Source: an uncultured bacterium (GTDB taxonomy: Bacteria > Verrucomicrobiota > Verrucomicrobiia > Verrucomicrobiales > DEV007). Taken from it: a stretch of DNA of 64,000 bases. The stretch is from positions 96,001-160,000 of the forward strand of contig CAXBMO010000014.1 in assembly GCA_963977015.1 (NCBI GenBank). Reading direction: 5' to 3'. The notes below the pieces were generated by a model, which saw only the letters and a program-made list of their open reading frames with translations, was not told the DNA's origin and searched no databases. How positions within the stretch are numbered: position 1 is the stretch's first letter; each line of letters opens with the position of its first letter. A program made the translations under genes and the position numbers. Positions 21,201-36,200 of the stretch are shown here, piece by piece.

Positions 21201-24200
21201 AAACACCATCAGCGGTGTGCGATACAATTTGCAGAATTCGAACACGATAAATTACAATGTCGCGCAGGGCACGGATGTTTCGGGTATTGATCTAGAAGTG
21301 TCTGCCAGGCACGACCGGGGTTCTATCGTCAAGACCGGACTCGGGACCGTAGCCCTGACTGACACGACTAACAATTTGAGAAGTGACAACACGATCACGA
21401 TCAATGCGGGTGCGTTGGAGATCGCTGAAGGCGGAAGGCTGAGCAATGGCAACTGGGATGGTGCCATCATCAACGACGGTATCTTCAGGCATAACAGCAG
21501 CGCGGATCAGACGCTGAGCGGGGTGATTTCCGGGACAGGAACGCTCGAAATGTCTGGCTCGGGAGAGATGACTCTGAGCGGCGTCAACACCTACACTGGA
21601 GCCACAGACGTCAATTCGGGAACGCTGACCGTGGGGGGAGAGATCGGCAATGGCGGACCAGCGGGCGTTGTCACGGTTGCCAGCGGGGCGTTCCTGGCGG
21701 GCTCGGGAACGATTCGCGCCCAGGTGGATGCCAGCGCGGGTAGCATCATCCCGGGTGGAGTCGGCTCGGCGGGCGCGTTGACGGTGGACGGAGTGCTCAA
21801 TTTCGGGACCGGATCGACAACCGGGGTCTTTTCCGCGGAATTGGACAGTGGAAGCAATGACTCGATCGTGGTCACAGGCGCGGTGAACCTCACCGATGTG
21901 ACACTCAATCCGTTGACGATCGGAGGGTTCGTTGCCACGGACGGCGCTCAGGTAACCCTGATCGACAACCAACAGAGCGGTGTCGCGGTCACTGGAACCT
22001 TCAACGGTCTGGCCGATGGCGCTGAGATCACCGAGTTGGCCTCCGGTGACATCAAAGCTTACATCAGCTACTTCGGCGGCGATGGGAACGACGTCACGAT
22101 TTCGTTCATCGACACCGTCACTCCGGGCACGGTCACCGTGGCGGACAACCCGAATCTGGACTTTGACACCACGTTTACCTTTCAGATCTCCGGGGACACC
22201 CTGCAAGTGCTGGCGAACGGCCAAGTGGTGGACGCGCGCCCAATCGCCGCAGTCAAGAATCTCGTCATCAACGGCGATGACGCCATTCCAGGCGATGAAG
22301 GCGACGATACCTTCACGATCGATTACACCCTCGATCCGAGGTTGTTGGACATCGACATCACCTTCAACGGCGGTGGTCAGGCTACGGCCGCGGGTGATAC
22401 GCTCTTCGTGACCGGCGGGACGTTCGGCACGGTGACGCATAACCTCACCAACACGACGGATGGCAACATCCACATCGATGGGGACGGCGTCGCTGACATC
22501 ACTTACACTGGTTTGGAGCCAGTTGATATGACCGGGAGCACCGCGACGGATTTCGTCTTCAATCTACCGGCGGGCGCGAACCCCGACGTGGTTTTGCGCA
22601 ATAGCGCGACCGCGGGCGAGATGGAATTGGTCGGCTCGACGTTTGAGTCGACGATTTTCACGGTTCCGAGCGGTTCGATCACGATTAACGGCAACACCGG
22701 GGCTGACACGATCACGATCGAGAGCCTCGACGCGGCTTTCGCAGCCGACATCGTCGTGGACGTGGGCGACGGGACGGATTCGGTGACGATTTCCGGCGCA
22801 CTGGACTACGACGGCGATCTGACGATCACGGCGGAAACGATCAATTTGAATGCCCGGGTCGACACCACAACGGGCGACCAGACTTACAACGGCGATGTGG
22901 TGCAGGGCGTGACCGGACTGATGCGGTTGACGGCGGCGAACATCCGTTTCAACGGCGACACCACGCTTCAAAGCGGCGGCTCCAATGAATTTCAACTTCT
23001 CGCGGCTCAAGTCACCAACTCGGCGGCCGGGACGTTCGATGTGAATGGCGGGCGGCTCAAACTGGAAAGCAGCACCCATATCGTCAATGAGGGGAACTTC
23101 GAAATCGGGACCAACGGCTCAGTGCCAATCTTTGGCGGAACCTCGGCCCGCATCACCAACAACGGCACGTTCACCCACAACGGATCGCAGATCCGCCTCT
23201 ACATGGAGATCATCAACAACGGGACCATGGTGATCGACAATCCTTCCGGAACGGCTGAGATTCAGTTCAAGGCGCCGAGTTCGATCGGTTCGGGTGGAGT
23301 CATCACCAACAACGGCACGCTGAACATTAGCGAAGCGGCCGCCCGGTTCGATGAAGCTGGCGCGATCGTTAACGCGAACGGCGGGATCATCAACGTCACC
23401 GGCGCGAGCGTGACTTTCGCCGAAAACCTGACGGTGACGAACCAGTCCGGTGGCGCATTGAACCTGAACGGTGGAACGGTCACGGTCAACGACACCACCT
23501 TGACGAACGAATCCGGCGGTACGCTCAATTTGACCGACGGAACCATGACGTTGACCAACAACGGTGCCGCGAACAGCGCAGGCGTGACCAATTTCCTCGG
23601 CGCGGGCTACACGGTCAACGGAACGGGGACGTTCACGAACCAATCGGGCGGCGTCGCGGAACTCGGGAGCGGCGTCACGGTGACGGTTGATGGCGCTGCC
23701 CTGACCAACGATTCCGGCGGCACGCTCAATTTGACCGACGGAACCCTGACGTTGACCAACAACGGCGCCGCGAACAGCGCCGGCGTGACCAATTTCCTCG
23801 GCACGAGCTACACGGTCAACGGAACGGGAACGTTCACGAACCAATCGGGGGGTGTGGCGAACCTGGATAGTGGGAGCGTTACGGTCGATGGAACGACCTT
23901 TACCAACAACTCAGGCGGAGTCGTGAGTTTTGCCGGGGCAAACCTCACCCTTGCGAACACTGCCAGCGTGGTGAATGACGCCGGTGGCGACTTTAACCTG
24001 TCCGGCGGTGCGTATACAATCGACATCAGTGATGCATCCTCCGTTTTGACCAACAACGGGACGACCACATGGACGGCTGGGTCGAGTGGCCACAAAACGA
24101 TTACCGGCTCCGGAACGTTCCTCAACGAGGGCGATTTCATTCATGCCCAAGGCGGGGGAAATGATAATCTGCAATTGACCGGTTCCCTCACCTTTCAGAA

Positions 24201-27200
24201 CAACGGCAACTTTACCTTCGTCGATGAGGGGGATGTGAACATCTCGAGCGGATCCGCGCAATTCCGTAATGCGGGCGTGGTAAACAAGACAACGGATCCG
24301 TCCACCGATCCGAGTTTCTTCTTCGGGAACGGAGATTTTCATGCGCTGGCCGGAAGCGAGGTGCTTTCCACCGTAGCCGGGACGCGGATCCATATTGCGA
24401 CCGGAGGAACCAGTGACGCGGGAGCCGAATGGAATGCGGACGGCGGAAATATCGGACTTGGCAGCACCTGGAGCGGCACGTTTGCCGGAACGTCGTCCAA
24501 CGGCGGGGTGTTGCGTTTGACGGATCCGGGCAGTTCGATCGAGCACAATATTACTGTTGGTACGGGCGGACTTACCTTCAACATCGGGGGTGATGGAGTG
24601 GTTTGGGCGGATGCCGCGATCAATGTGAATGGGCAGTCGCTCACCAATCTCGGCGTGCTTCAAATTGTGGGCACTGGTCTCAAGTCGTTGCAGGGCACGA
24701 TGACGAACTCCGGCACCACGAATGTCGCCGGGGACATCACGGTGACCGGAGGCGAGTTTGTCAACACTTCGGGTTCAACTCTCAATTTCGAATCAGGGAT
24801 CGTAACGTTGACCGGAGCGAACGACGCGTTGCGGAACCAAAGTGGTGGCATCTTCGAAATCGGAACGTCGGGGACGAGTATTCTCGACGGCCTTGGTAGG
24901 CTGATCAATGATTCTGGTGCAACCATCACCTGGAGTGACGGGGCGCTCAGCGTTCGGACCACGGCGACGTTCCAAAACGACGGGATCGTCAATTTCACCA
25001 GCAATAGCAACGAAACACTCTACGGTAACGGAGAGTTCATCAACAACGGCGAGTTCCATCACATTGGCGCCAACACCAATAGTGACAACATTATTGGCTA
25101 CGACGCAGGGACGTTCACCAATAATGGGCTTTTTGCGTTCGATACACGTGGCGATTTTCAGCTGACCGAGAACTACACCTTCACCAACAGTTTCACGGGC
25201 ACGATTCGTAAAACGGCCGATAACAATGCCGATCAGGCTCAGTTCTTCAATAACAATGGCGACACGACAGGCGGTGTTTGGGACAATGAAGGCACGATAG
25301 AAGTGCTGGTAGGAACGATCCGAGTCACAACGACGGCTTCAGGCGGGAGTTTCAAAGACGTGTCCTCGCCGCAAGTTGTTGGAACGGAATTGACCGGAGG
25401 AACCTGGATCGCGAATCCGACCGGCGCCAACAACGCTATTATCGATCTCGAACCGGCTGAACCGAACGGGATCGTCACGATCGGAACCAATGCCACGGTC
25501 TCATTATCGGGATCGACGGGGCGTTTTGTTCAGCTCACCAATTTTCTCGCTCAAATCGACGGCTCGCTCACGTTGAACAGCGGTCAGGTCCTCGACGCGG
25601 CGAATGATGTCACCGTTTCCAGCACCGGAACGTTGGCCGGCAACGGCGGAACCATCATTGGAAACATCACCGTGCAATCCGGCGGCACGCTCTCTCCGGG
25701 AGACGGCGCGGCGGATGAGGGGACACTCACCGTAACGGGCGATTTGACGCTGGAAGGCGACGTCAACATCGACATCTCCGGTGATCACCTTGCCACAGGC
25801 CAGGACTCCATTTCGGTCAGCGGCGCCGTCACCGTCGGTGGAAGTCTGAACTTGAACGTAGATCCGGCGACCGATTTCACCGGGATGGTCGCGGGCACGG
25901 AAATCGTGCTGATTTCCGGCGGTAGTCTTGCGGTGACCGATCCATTCACCGGATTCCACGATGGCATCGCGCTCACGATCGGAGGGGCGGAATTCACGCT
26001 CGATTATGGCGGTGTTAGTGGGAACGACGTGGTCCTGACCGCGCAAGGCGTTGCTCAAACCTCGGTCACGCTAGATGGCTCCAACAACCTCGTGATCACC
26101 GACCTCGCCAACGAAGACGACACGCTCTCGATCGCGGTGGGCGCGAATCCAGTTTCGGGCGGCGGCGGCGGCTACATCATCACCGATACAACGCAGGTGA
26201 TCAGCACGGCGATTCCCAACGCGGTGCGCGTCAGCGAGCATCAGGTCTTCATCGACTTCGGCGACATTGCCGGAGCTGAAATTCAGGTCGGGACCGGCGA
26301 CGGCACTGATATGCTGACTCTCAACTTCGGCAGCGGCGACGCGACGGCGTTCCAGCAGCGCGTCATCTTCACCGGCGGCGAAAGCGTGGGCGACAACGAC
26401 ACCCTCACGATCGCCAACGGCGTTTTCGGCGTGGTGACGCACACCGCGACCGCCGGCGAGGCGGGGACGATCAATTTGGATTCGGCGGGAGCGACGGAGA
26501 TCGAATATTCGCAGCTTGAGCCGGTTGACATGAGCGGCAGTACGGCGACGGACTTCATTTTCAACCTGCCGGGAACGGTGGACAATGCGCAATTGAGCGA
26601 ATCGGGCGGGCTGCTCACACTTGAGAGCACTGACCTCACGCCGACCTTCGAATCCACGACGTTCGCGGCGCCGACCGGCTCGATCACGATCAATGGCGGC
26701 GCGGGCGCGGACACGCTGACGATCTCGACAGCGATCGACCTGACGGCGAACGGCACCAGCCTGACGATCAACTCTGAATCGATCAATCTGAATGGAGGCG
26801 CGGTTGATACAGGGGCGGGCAACCAGCGCTACAACGGCGTGGCGACGCTCGGCGCCGACACCACCCTGATAGGGAACGACGTGACCTTCACCAACACGGT
26901 GGATTCTGACGGGACGGCGCGGAGTTTGACCACGAGCGTCGCCGGGACCCTGACCTTGCGGAACAACATCGGCGCGACCAACGCGTTGAGCGCACTCGAC
27001 ACCGGCACGACCGGGACGACTCACATCTTTGGCAACACAGTGCTCGACAATCTGGCCACCGGTCCTGGGGCCGGTTTAATTTTCAACTTCGACGCCTCCT
27101 TCGATCCCAACACGGAGGACAACCTCGTGCCCGATCTGGCGGGAGCCGTGGGCACGGGCGGGGTCGGTGGCGGACCGTTCTCGCTTCTGATCGACGACAG

Positions 27201-30200
27201 CCCTGCGATCACCTTTGCCAACAACCCGTCCGCAGGTTTCGCGGGCATCACTGGGGCCTACGTTTTGCCGGGGGCCCTCGGCGGTTCGGCAGATAGCCAA
27301 CGCGGTGAGGCGGGGCTTGAGTTGCAAGCAGGCGGCGCTGACGAATCGCCATCTGACGTTGATCACGCGGCAACGGGCGTTCCTGATGTGGACGTCAGCG
27401 ACGTTACGTTCGAGCTCTGGATCAAGCCCACTGATCTGACCGGTGACGAAGTGATTTGGGAAACGGGCGGCGGAACGGGGACGGGCTTCGCGCTGGAAGA
27501 CAATCTTCTGGCGTTTCAAGTAATCAGTAGCGGCAACAACGCCCGGGTAACCTACGATCTCAGCGGCGATCCCCTGACCATCTTCGGCGGCGGCGCGGCG
27601 ACCGACGATTTCATCCAGGTCACCGGCACGATCAACATGGCGACGGATACCATCGAGTTGTTCGTCAACGGTACATCGGTAGGCTCCGACGTGAAGCCGT
27701 CCGCCATTAATGATTGGGACGGCGGTGATCCGTCGGGTCTTGGCACGGTTGGCGGTGGCAACATGGGCGGTTACGGCGGCGGAGCGCAGAGTTTTCGGCC
27801 GTTGGACGGCCAGATTTCGGTTTTCCGTCTCTACAGCGGAATTCTGGATCAAACCGACATCCAGACGAATTTTAGCGCGGTTCAGGCCGGCGGTCAGACC
27901 GAGATTTCGCTGCGGACGTCCGGTGATCAGACCTTTGGGAACACGCTCTCGCTCGGCATCGCCACGGTGGTGGAAGGCAACGACGTGACTTTCAATGGCA
28001 CGATCGATGCCGACCCGGCTTCGGCGGCGCTCGGCGCCCTCACGGTCAACACGACCGGTGGCGGCGTGACCGATTTCAACGGCGTGATCGGCGGGACAGC
28101 GGCGCTCGGCGGCTTGGCCACGAATGCGGACGGAGCGGTCACGCTCGACAGCACCGGAATCACTTCGGTCGGGGCGATCGACTTCGCCGACAACTTCACC
28201 GCGAGCGTCAACACTACGTTTGACGCCGCAACGGTCACGTTCGGTGGGACCAGCACTTTTCTCGGAACAGCGACGATCAACGCGATCAGCGCGACATTCA
28301 CCGGGAACGCGACCTTCAACGCGCTCACCGATCTCAACATCGGCGGCGATCTCGACTTCTTGGCCGCTGCTGACTTCAACGCAGTCTCCGACCTCGATGT
28401 GAGCGACAACGCGACCTTCGCGGGTGCGGTCACGATCGGCGGCGCGGCCACGGTCGACGCGCAGGACATCACCTATTCCTCGACGATCGACTCGACGGTT
28501 GGCACGAATCAGTCGCTGACCCTGACCACGACTGGAAGCGGCGTGACCACGGTCGACGGCGTGGTTGGCGGGACCGACGCGCTCGACTCACTTGTCATCA
28601 GCGGCGGCTCGCGGGCGGATATTGGCGCGGGAACGATCGGCTTGGGCGGTACTGGCGTCCTAACGTTCAATACGGCGGTTAGTCTGACGTCGAACCTCGT
28701 CATCACCGATGACGGGACTGGCGATACGACCTTCAACTCGACGCTCGACGGCGCGTTCGCGCTGACGGTGAACACGCCGGGCGGCGGCAACACCTTTTTC
28801 AAGGGAAACGTCGGCGCGACGACCGCGCTGACCTCGGTGACGACCGACGCAATTGGTGGCACTGAAATCAGCGGAATCCCAGCGGTTCCGAACGGCAATT
28901 TGCTGCTGAATTTCGACGCGGACCGCGAGACGGCGGCAGCCGCCGGCATTTTCGAAGGCCTGCTCTTCGGAGCGAACGACGCCGAGCGATTCTCCAATAT
29001 GGGCGCCACCGGAATCACTTTTGGAGCGGCGGCGACCTCGTTGGGCGGAATCCGGAGCGCCTACAGCTTCGACGGAACGTCTCGTGGAACCTCGGACGCG
29101 CTCGCGACGCTTCCCGGAAACCCGACGGATACCGACGCCGCTCTGGAATTCTGGATCAGGCCTGACACGACCAACGCCGGTTCGACCTACCTGATTTACG
29201 AAACTGGCGGAAGCGGAACCGGCACGTCGGTGGTCTACGACGTGGACACCGACACGGTCACGTGGACGGTTGACGACGATTCCGTGCAGCGCTCGGTCAG
29301 CGGAGCGCTCGGCGCGGCAGACGGTGAATTCCATCAGGTGTTTCTGACTTACGATCGCGACAATTCGAACCGCGACATCCTCACGCTTTACGTCGATGGG
29401 GTGTTCCTCGACGACAACATCTCGGGCACCAGCGATCCGGATGACGCGACGGACGTCAACACCAACAGCATCAACAACCTGGACGGCACCGATGGCGCTG
29501 GCCTAGGGGGCGTGAACAACGACGTCGCCGCTACGACCCCTGCTTCGACCAATTACATCGGCGAGATCGCCAAGATGCGGTTCTACACCAACGCGGTCGC
29601 TCAGGCTGGGATCCAAGCGAACTACGACGCGGTGGCGAATCATGTGACGACGGTCACGACCTCCGGCGACCAGACATACGGCGACGCGGTCACGCTGGCG
29701 AATGACGTCACGATTTCGGCGAACGACGCCACCTTCAGCTCCACGGTCGACACCGCGACCGGGGCGATCCAGGCGGCTCTGACCGTGAACACCACTGGCG
29801 GCGGGGTCACAACCTTTGGCGGCGCGGTTGGTGCGACCGGCCCCCTGGGCAATCTGACAACGAACTTCGACGGACGGACCGACATTGCCGGCAGCATCAC
29901 GACCACCGCAAATCAAACCTATGGCGACGCGGTGACGATTCTGGCCGACGCGACCCTCACGGGCGTCGATGTGACCTTCGGATGGACGCTTGATGAAGGC
30001 GCTGGAGCGACCGGGTCGAACCTTACGGTCAATGCGAGCGGCACAACCCGTTTCGCCGCCGATGTGGGCGGCATCACCCAACTCGACAGTCTAGCTACTG
30101 ACAGCGCGGGCACCACCGTGTTCGGCAACACTCTCGGGACGGCGAATGAGCTCTTCCTTCCATTGGAAAGCCAATCCGGCGGTCTGACGGCCGACACCTC

Positions 30201-33200
30201 GGGCAACGGACGCACCGGCACGTTGAACGGTGACGCCGTGATCGCAGCGGGAACCGTCGGCAATGCCGTCGATCTGGATGGGAGCGGCGACTATGTTCAG
30301 GTAACGGGTTATCGTGGCGTAACCGGTTCCGCGCCTCGCACCATGGCCGCGTGGATCAATTCAGCCTCGCCAAATGGCGACGACGCCATCATGTCGTGGG
30401 GACTTGATACCTCGGGTGAAAAGTGGGTTTTCCGCTTGGCGTCCCAACACTTGCGAGTCGAAACGGCGAATGGAGGAATCGAATCAAATGAGGCAACTCC
30501 AATAACCGCGAACACCTGGCACCATGTCGCCGCCGTCTATGATGGTTCGGGAGACCACAACGGAATCACCTTTTACGTGGACGGAGTGCTTCAGGGAACC
30601 GGAACGAACAGCGGGGCCACGGTCGATACGGCCGAGTCGGCCGATGTCGTTATCGGAAGAGATTCTTTCAACACCACCAGAGATTTTGACGGTCTCATCG
30701 ACGAGTCGGGAATCTGGAGCCGGGCGCTTTCCGCGGAGGAAATCGCGGTGCTCGCCGGGATCGGCACGCATACGCCGGTCACGGTCAATACGGCGGGAAC
30801 GCAGACCTATGGCGATGCCGTCGTTCTCGAAGCAACGACGACGCTCAGCGGGACCGACGTCACCGCGTCGTCCACTGTCGGACTTGGCTCCAGCGATCTC
30901 ACCGTCGACGTTAGCGGCACGGTCAGCGGGATCGCGGGCGAGGTTTCGGGAAGCGGCGATCTCACCCTTGAGAGCACGGCGGGAACGGGCGTTTTCGCCC
31001 TCGATAACGACACGGGCAACTCCTACACGGGGAACACCGTCGTGAACGGCGGGTCGCTTCTCGCGGAAAACCAGACCAGCGGATCGGCCACCGGGATTGG
31101 AACGGTCACGGTGAACTCTGGCGCGACGCTCGGCGGCGACGGCGCGGTCGCAGGAACGGTCACGGTCGTCGGCGGAACGGTCAGTCCGGAATTGGGACTG
31201 GCGGAGGACCTTGGAACCGGATCGCTGACTCTCGACAGCGCTTCGACGGTCACCTTCCAGATCAACGGCTTAACGCCGGGCGTCAACGCGGGCTACGACC
31301 AACTCGACGTCACCGGAACGGTCGATCTGAATTCCGATCTCGGCGCGGGCGCGACCCTGGACCTGACCTTAAACGCTGGCGTGAACCCGGCCGATGGTGC
31401 GATCTTCATCCTGATCGACAACGACGGCGATCACACCACCGATACAGTCTCCGGTGAATTCGACGGTCTGCCGAATGGATCCGTGATCACGCTGAATGAC
31501 GGGACCAACGACTACGTCTTCACGATCCATTATGACAAAGAAACCGCGGAGACCGACACGAACGGCAACAACGTGGTTCTCGTCAGCCACGGAATCGCCG
31601 AGACCAGTGTGGAGCTGGTTTCAAACGGGAGCACGCTCGATCTTGTCATTACCGATATCAGTCAGGAATCGCCCGAACTACTCGACATCTCGATTCAGAA
31701 CATCGGTGGAACCGATTATTACGTCATCAAGGACACCAATTCGCCTGAGTTGGCGATGACGACGTCGATCGCGGCTGCTGACGCGAACCGGATCAGCCAG
31801 AACGAGATTCACGTTAAAGTGAGCGCGGTCACTGGCGGGCTGATCGTGAACAGCGATTACTCGGGCGACGTAGGCGACAACGGCACGGACGTATTCACGT
31901 TCAGCGGATCGAACGCGTTTACCTTCGCGGGACCGATCACGGTCAACGCGGAGACGATCAACCTGCCTTTGGACCTCACCGCCGGGACGGCCGAGGACAT
32001 CACGTTGAACGGTTCGGTGGTTTTGGGCGCGAGCGTGAAACTTACCGCGGCCAACGTGGTTCTCGCAGACAGCGTGAGCCTGGGAGCGAACGACCTGACG
32101 GTGGATGTCTCCGACGCCTCCAGCAGCACGGGCGGCGGGATTTCCGGCACGGGACAGTTCATCAAGCAGGGCGTCGGAACGTTGACTCTGACCGGGACCG
32201 CGGCGGGCAACAACTCTTACACTGGCCTGACGCATGTGCAGGGCGGAACGCTGGTGCTTGGCACTGGATTCGGCGGCGACGGCGGGATTCGTGGAAACAT
32301 CACGGTGGAAAACACCGCCACGATGCGGCTCGACATCAATAACCGGATCATCAACTCCTCGATCATCACCGTTAACGCCGGGGGAACCTTTGATTTCAAC
32401 AACAACGGCGATGCGATCGGCTACCTCGCCGGGGCGGGCTCGATCGACCTCGGTTCGGCCACGGTCCTACTCGATATGCCCAACACGGGCAGCGGTTCGG
32501 ATTTCAGCGGAGACATCAGCGGGACCGGTGGATTGACCCTGCGCGGGAATTCCGGAGGACCGACCAACCGGCAGATCCTGAGCGGGGACAGCAATTACAG
32601 CGGCGCGACCACCGTCAGCAAAGGCGTTCTGGAGATCGGCCACAACAATGCGCTGGGCACGGCCGCGGGCGGCACGACCGTCGCCAATGACGCGAAATTG
32701 GAAATCAATGGCGGCGCCGGCGATCTGACCATCGCGGAAAACATCACTGTCGGCAGTGGCAGCGGCGGAATTCGCAACATCGCGGGCGACAACACCATTA
32801 CCGGGGCGGTCATCCTGAGCGCGAGTGCGGATTTCCAGGAAGACACCGGGTCCCTGACTTTCACCGGTGGAATCAGCAGCACGGCGAACGAATCGGTCAA
32901 CCTCAACGGGACGTTCCACATCACCAACAGCACGATCGATCTGAACGACGGGACGCTGACGGTCACGGGCAACGGCCACAGCGTGGCTGCGGCTTCAACC
33001 ATTGACGTGGCGGGCAACGACTTTGCGCTGCTTTTGATTCACTCAGACGGTTACCTGCAGATCGGCGCGGCGAATGTCCTGCCATCAGATGCGGACGTCG
33101 AATTCGGCGCGAGCACGCAGATTTTGTCTTCGGGCACGCTCGACCTCAACGGCTTTGACCAGACTGTCGGATCGATCGGCGTGAATTCGCTATCCATGGA

Positions 33201-36200
33201 TTTGGCGGGCGATCAGAACATCACCGGCGGTGGCGTGCTAACGGTGAATCAGTCGGCGAACACCGAATATCAGGGCCGGATCACGAATGGCGCGACCGCG
33301 ACCAGTCTGGTGAAGAGTGGCGTGGGCACGCTGATTCTCAAAAACCTCAGCGGCACGGCCACGAACAATACGGGCGAGACCATCGTAAACGCCGGCGTCC
33401 TTCAGTTCGGCGATGGCGACGGCGCCGCCGACACGGGCAGCATCCCGCAGGGCGATCTCACGGTGAACAACGGCGGAACTGTCTCCATGCAAACCGACGC
33501 GTTCAACGGCTTCAACACCGGTCGAACGATCACGATCAACGATGGCGGAACGGTGTCAGCGGACAACTCGACCAAGAACGCATTTAACATCGGCGCGCTG
33601 GTGCTGAACGGCGGCACGTTGACCTCGGCGAACGGCGTCGGAGGCCCGGCAAACGATAGCGGGTACGGAAACTGGATTTTCCGCGGCGTGACCGTCGGCG
33701 GAACCACGCAATCCACGATCAGCGCAACTCAAGTCGCGATCCAAAGCGGCGGGTTTGACGTTGCGGACGCTGTCGCTGGCTCGAACACGGATCTGCTCGT
33801 CTCCGGGGCGATCATCGACATCAGTAGCGGGCTCAGCACGATAACCAAAACCGGCGTGGGCACCATGACCCTGACCGGAGCCAACACTTACACCGGTGCG
33901 ACGACCGTGACCGCCGGGACCTTCCAGGTGGACGGCGGTTCGATTACCCAGACGGACTCGATCGCAATCGATGCGGGGATCCTGCAAGTGATCAACGGCG
34001 GCAGCGTGAATGTGACCAATGGCGTCACCAACGGCGCGGGCGAGGGGCAACTGTGGGTGGACGATGGGACCATGACGGTGGGCGACGGCTTCGACGTCGA
34101 TGACCTGCGGGTTGGAGCCAACACGGGCACCGCGACTATCACGGTAAGTGACGGCGATGTTGTGATTGGTGATGGCGATGGCCAGTTCCTGATTGGCTAT
34201 CGAGAAGATGGGATGCCAGTAGGATCTACGGTTGGCACTGTCGATTTTTCAGGAGCCGATTCCGTGACGATCTCGGTAACGGATGTGTTGGCCGGGTACA
34301 GTGCGCCGGTATCGACGGGAAGCGTTGGCAGCTCCGAGGGAGCACTGACGTTGTCGACCTCGGGGGATAATACGGTGACGGCTGACAACGTTCGGCTGGG
34401 GTACACGAATTCTGCCAACAATCAGGGTGCCATCAGAACCTTTCTTCATCTGGGCGGCGCGGCTAACACCTTTGACGTCGATACCTTTGTGGTCGGCGAT
34501 CTGAAAAGCGCGGCCACCGTGGATATCGTCAGCGGAGGAACGTTCACCCTGAGCGGGAACGTGAACGCGGAGACGGACTTGCGCATTGGGGACAATAATG
34601 CGTCCGGAACGGGGACCAATCCAGCGTCCAGTCACCTAAATCTCGCCGGTGGAACTTTCAATGCAACTTTGGACCAACTCGCCATTGGACTGCACAATAG
34701 TGGCAATGGAAGTGGAAAAGGAGAGCTGACCTTTGAAGCGGGCACGGTCTCCGCCACCACCATCGTCCTCGCCGACACCGACATTGGAGGCTCGTCTACG
34801 AACGATGCCGCTACGCAGGGAGCGATCAATTTGAACGGCGGCGTTCTCCAGTTCGGCAACCTGAGCAACGGAGGCGGAACGTCGGACTTCAATTGGAGCG
34901 CGGGCACGATTCAGAACCTGAGCGGTCAAGACCTGGTCAATGTCGATGTAGACATCAATTTGATCGGAACCGGTTCGCACACCATCACGATCGATAACGG
35001 CCAAACGGGAACTTTCCAGGCTGCTGCGCAAATCACTGGCGGAGCGGGCGGTGTATTGGTCAAAGACGGCGAGGGTGCGTTGAGCCTGATGGCGGCCAAC
35101 ACCTACACTGCTGCGACCAACGTGGACCTGGGCGAACTGGTATTCGATGGGGGTTCGGTGGTTGCGACGGATTCGGTCGCGATCGACGCGGGAACGCTTC
35201 AGGTCATCAACGGCGGCAGTGTCAACGTTTCCAACGGCGTCACCAACGGGGCGGGTGCCGGGCAGTTGTTGGTCGACGAAGGGACGATGACTGTGGCTGA
35301 CGGTTTCGCCGTCGATACGTTGCGGGTCGGCGAGAATGCGACGAGCGACTCGAATCTGACGGTCAGTGCTGGCGTGGTCACCATTGGCAACGGCGCTGAA
35401 ACATTGACCATCGGCCATCGCGGGATCGACACCGGCACGACGGCGGCGTTCACTGCGACCGTCGATTTTTCAGCGGCGAGTTCGATCGATATCAGCGTTG
35501 GCGACGCGACGTTGGGAACGCTGGGCTCAAGCGGCACACCCGACCCGGGGTCGGAAGGAATCGCGAACGGGATTCTGATGCTTTCGGACGCGGGAACCAA
35601 CAACTTCACCGCCGACTCGGTCCTGATCGGCGATTCGGCGATTCGTGGCAACGAAAGCGACACGATCGTCTCGGCGATCGCGTTTGGCGGCGCGACCAAC
35701 AACTTCGACGTCGACACTCTGACGGTCGGCGGTCAGAAGGGGATGGGGCAGATCACCGTCGATGCGGGTGGCACCCTCAATCTGACAGGCCGGAACAACG
35801 CCGGCGACGTGGTCGATGCATTCCTCGGATTTAACGTTACCGGGTCCACGGGCACCAATTCGCGTGGTGAGATCGACACGACAGGCGCAAGCTTGGTCGC
35901 GACGTTTGGCTCGCTGCAAATGGGCCGCCACGGTTCCGGCAGCGGCGACGGTCGGGGGATTTTGATGTTTGACGCGGGAACAGTGACCGCCGACACCATC
36001 GTGCTTGGGACCGGCGCCGCGAATTCATTTGGCACAATCAATCAAGGTGGAGGCACGTTCACGGTGGCCAACGGCGTAACCGAAAGCCGGAACAGTGCAA
36101 TCAACGTGACGGACGGAGATTTCGTGGTGACTGCGGGAGGTTTGCAGGTGGACGACCTGTTGGTTGGCCAGAACAGCACGACTGCGACGCTCACGGTGAA

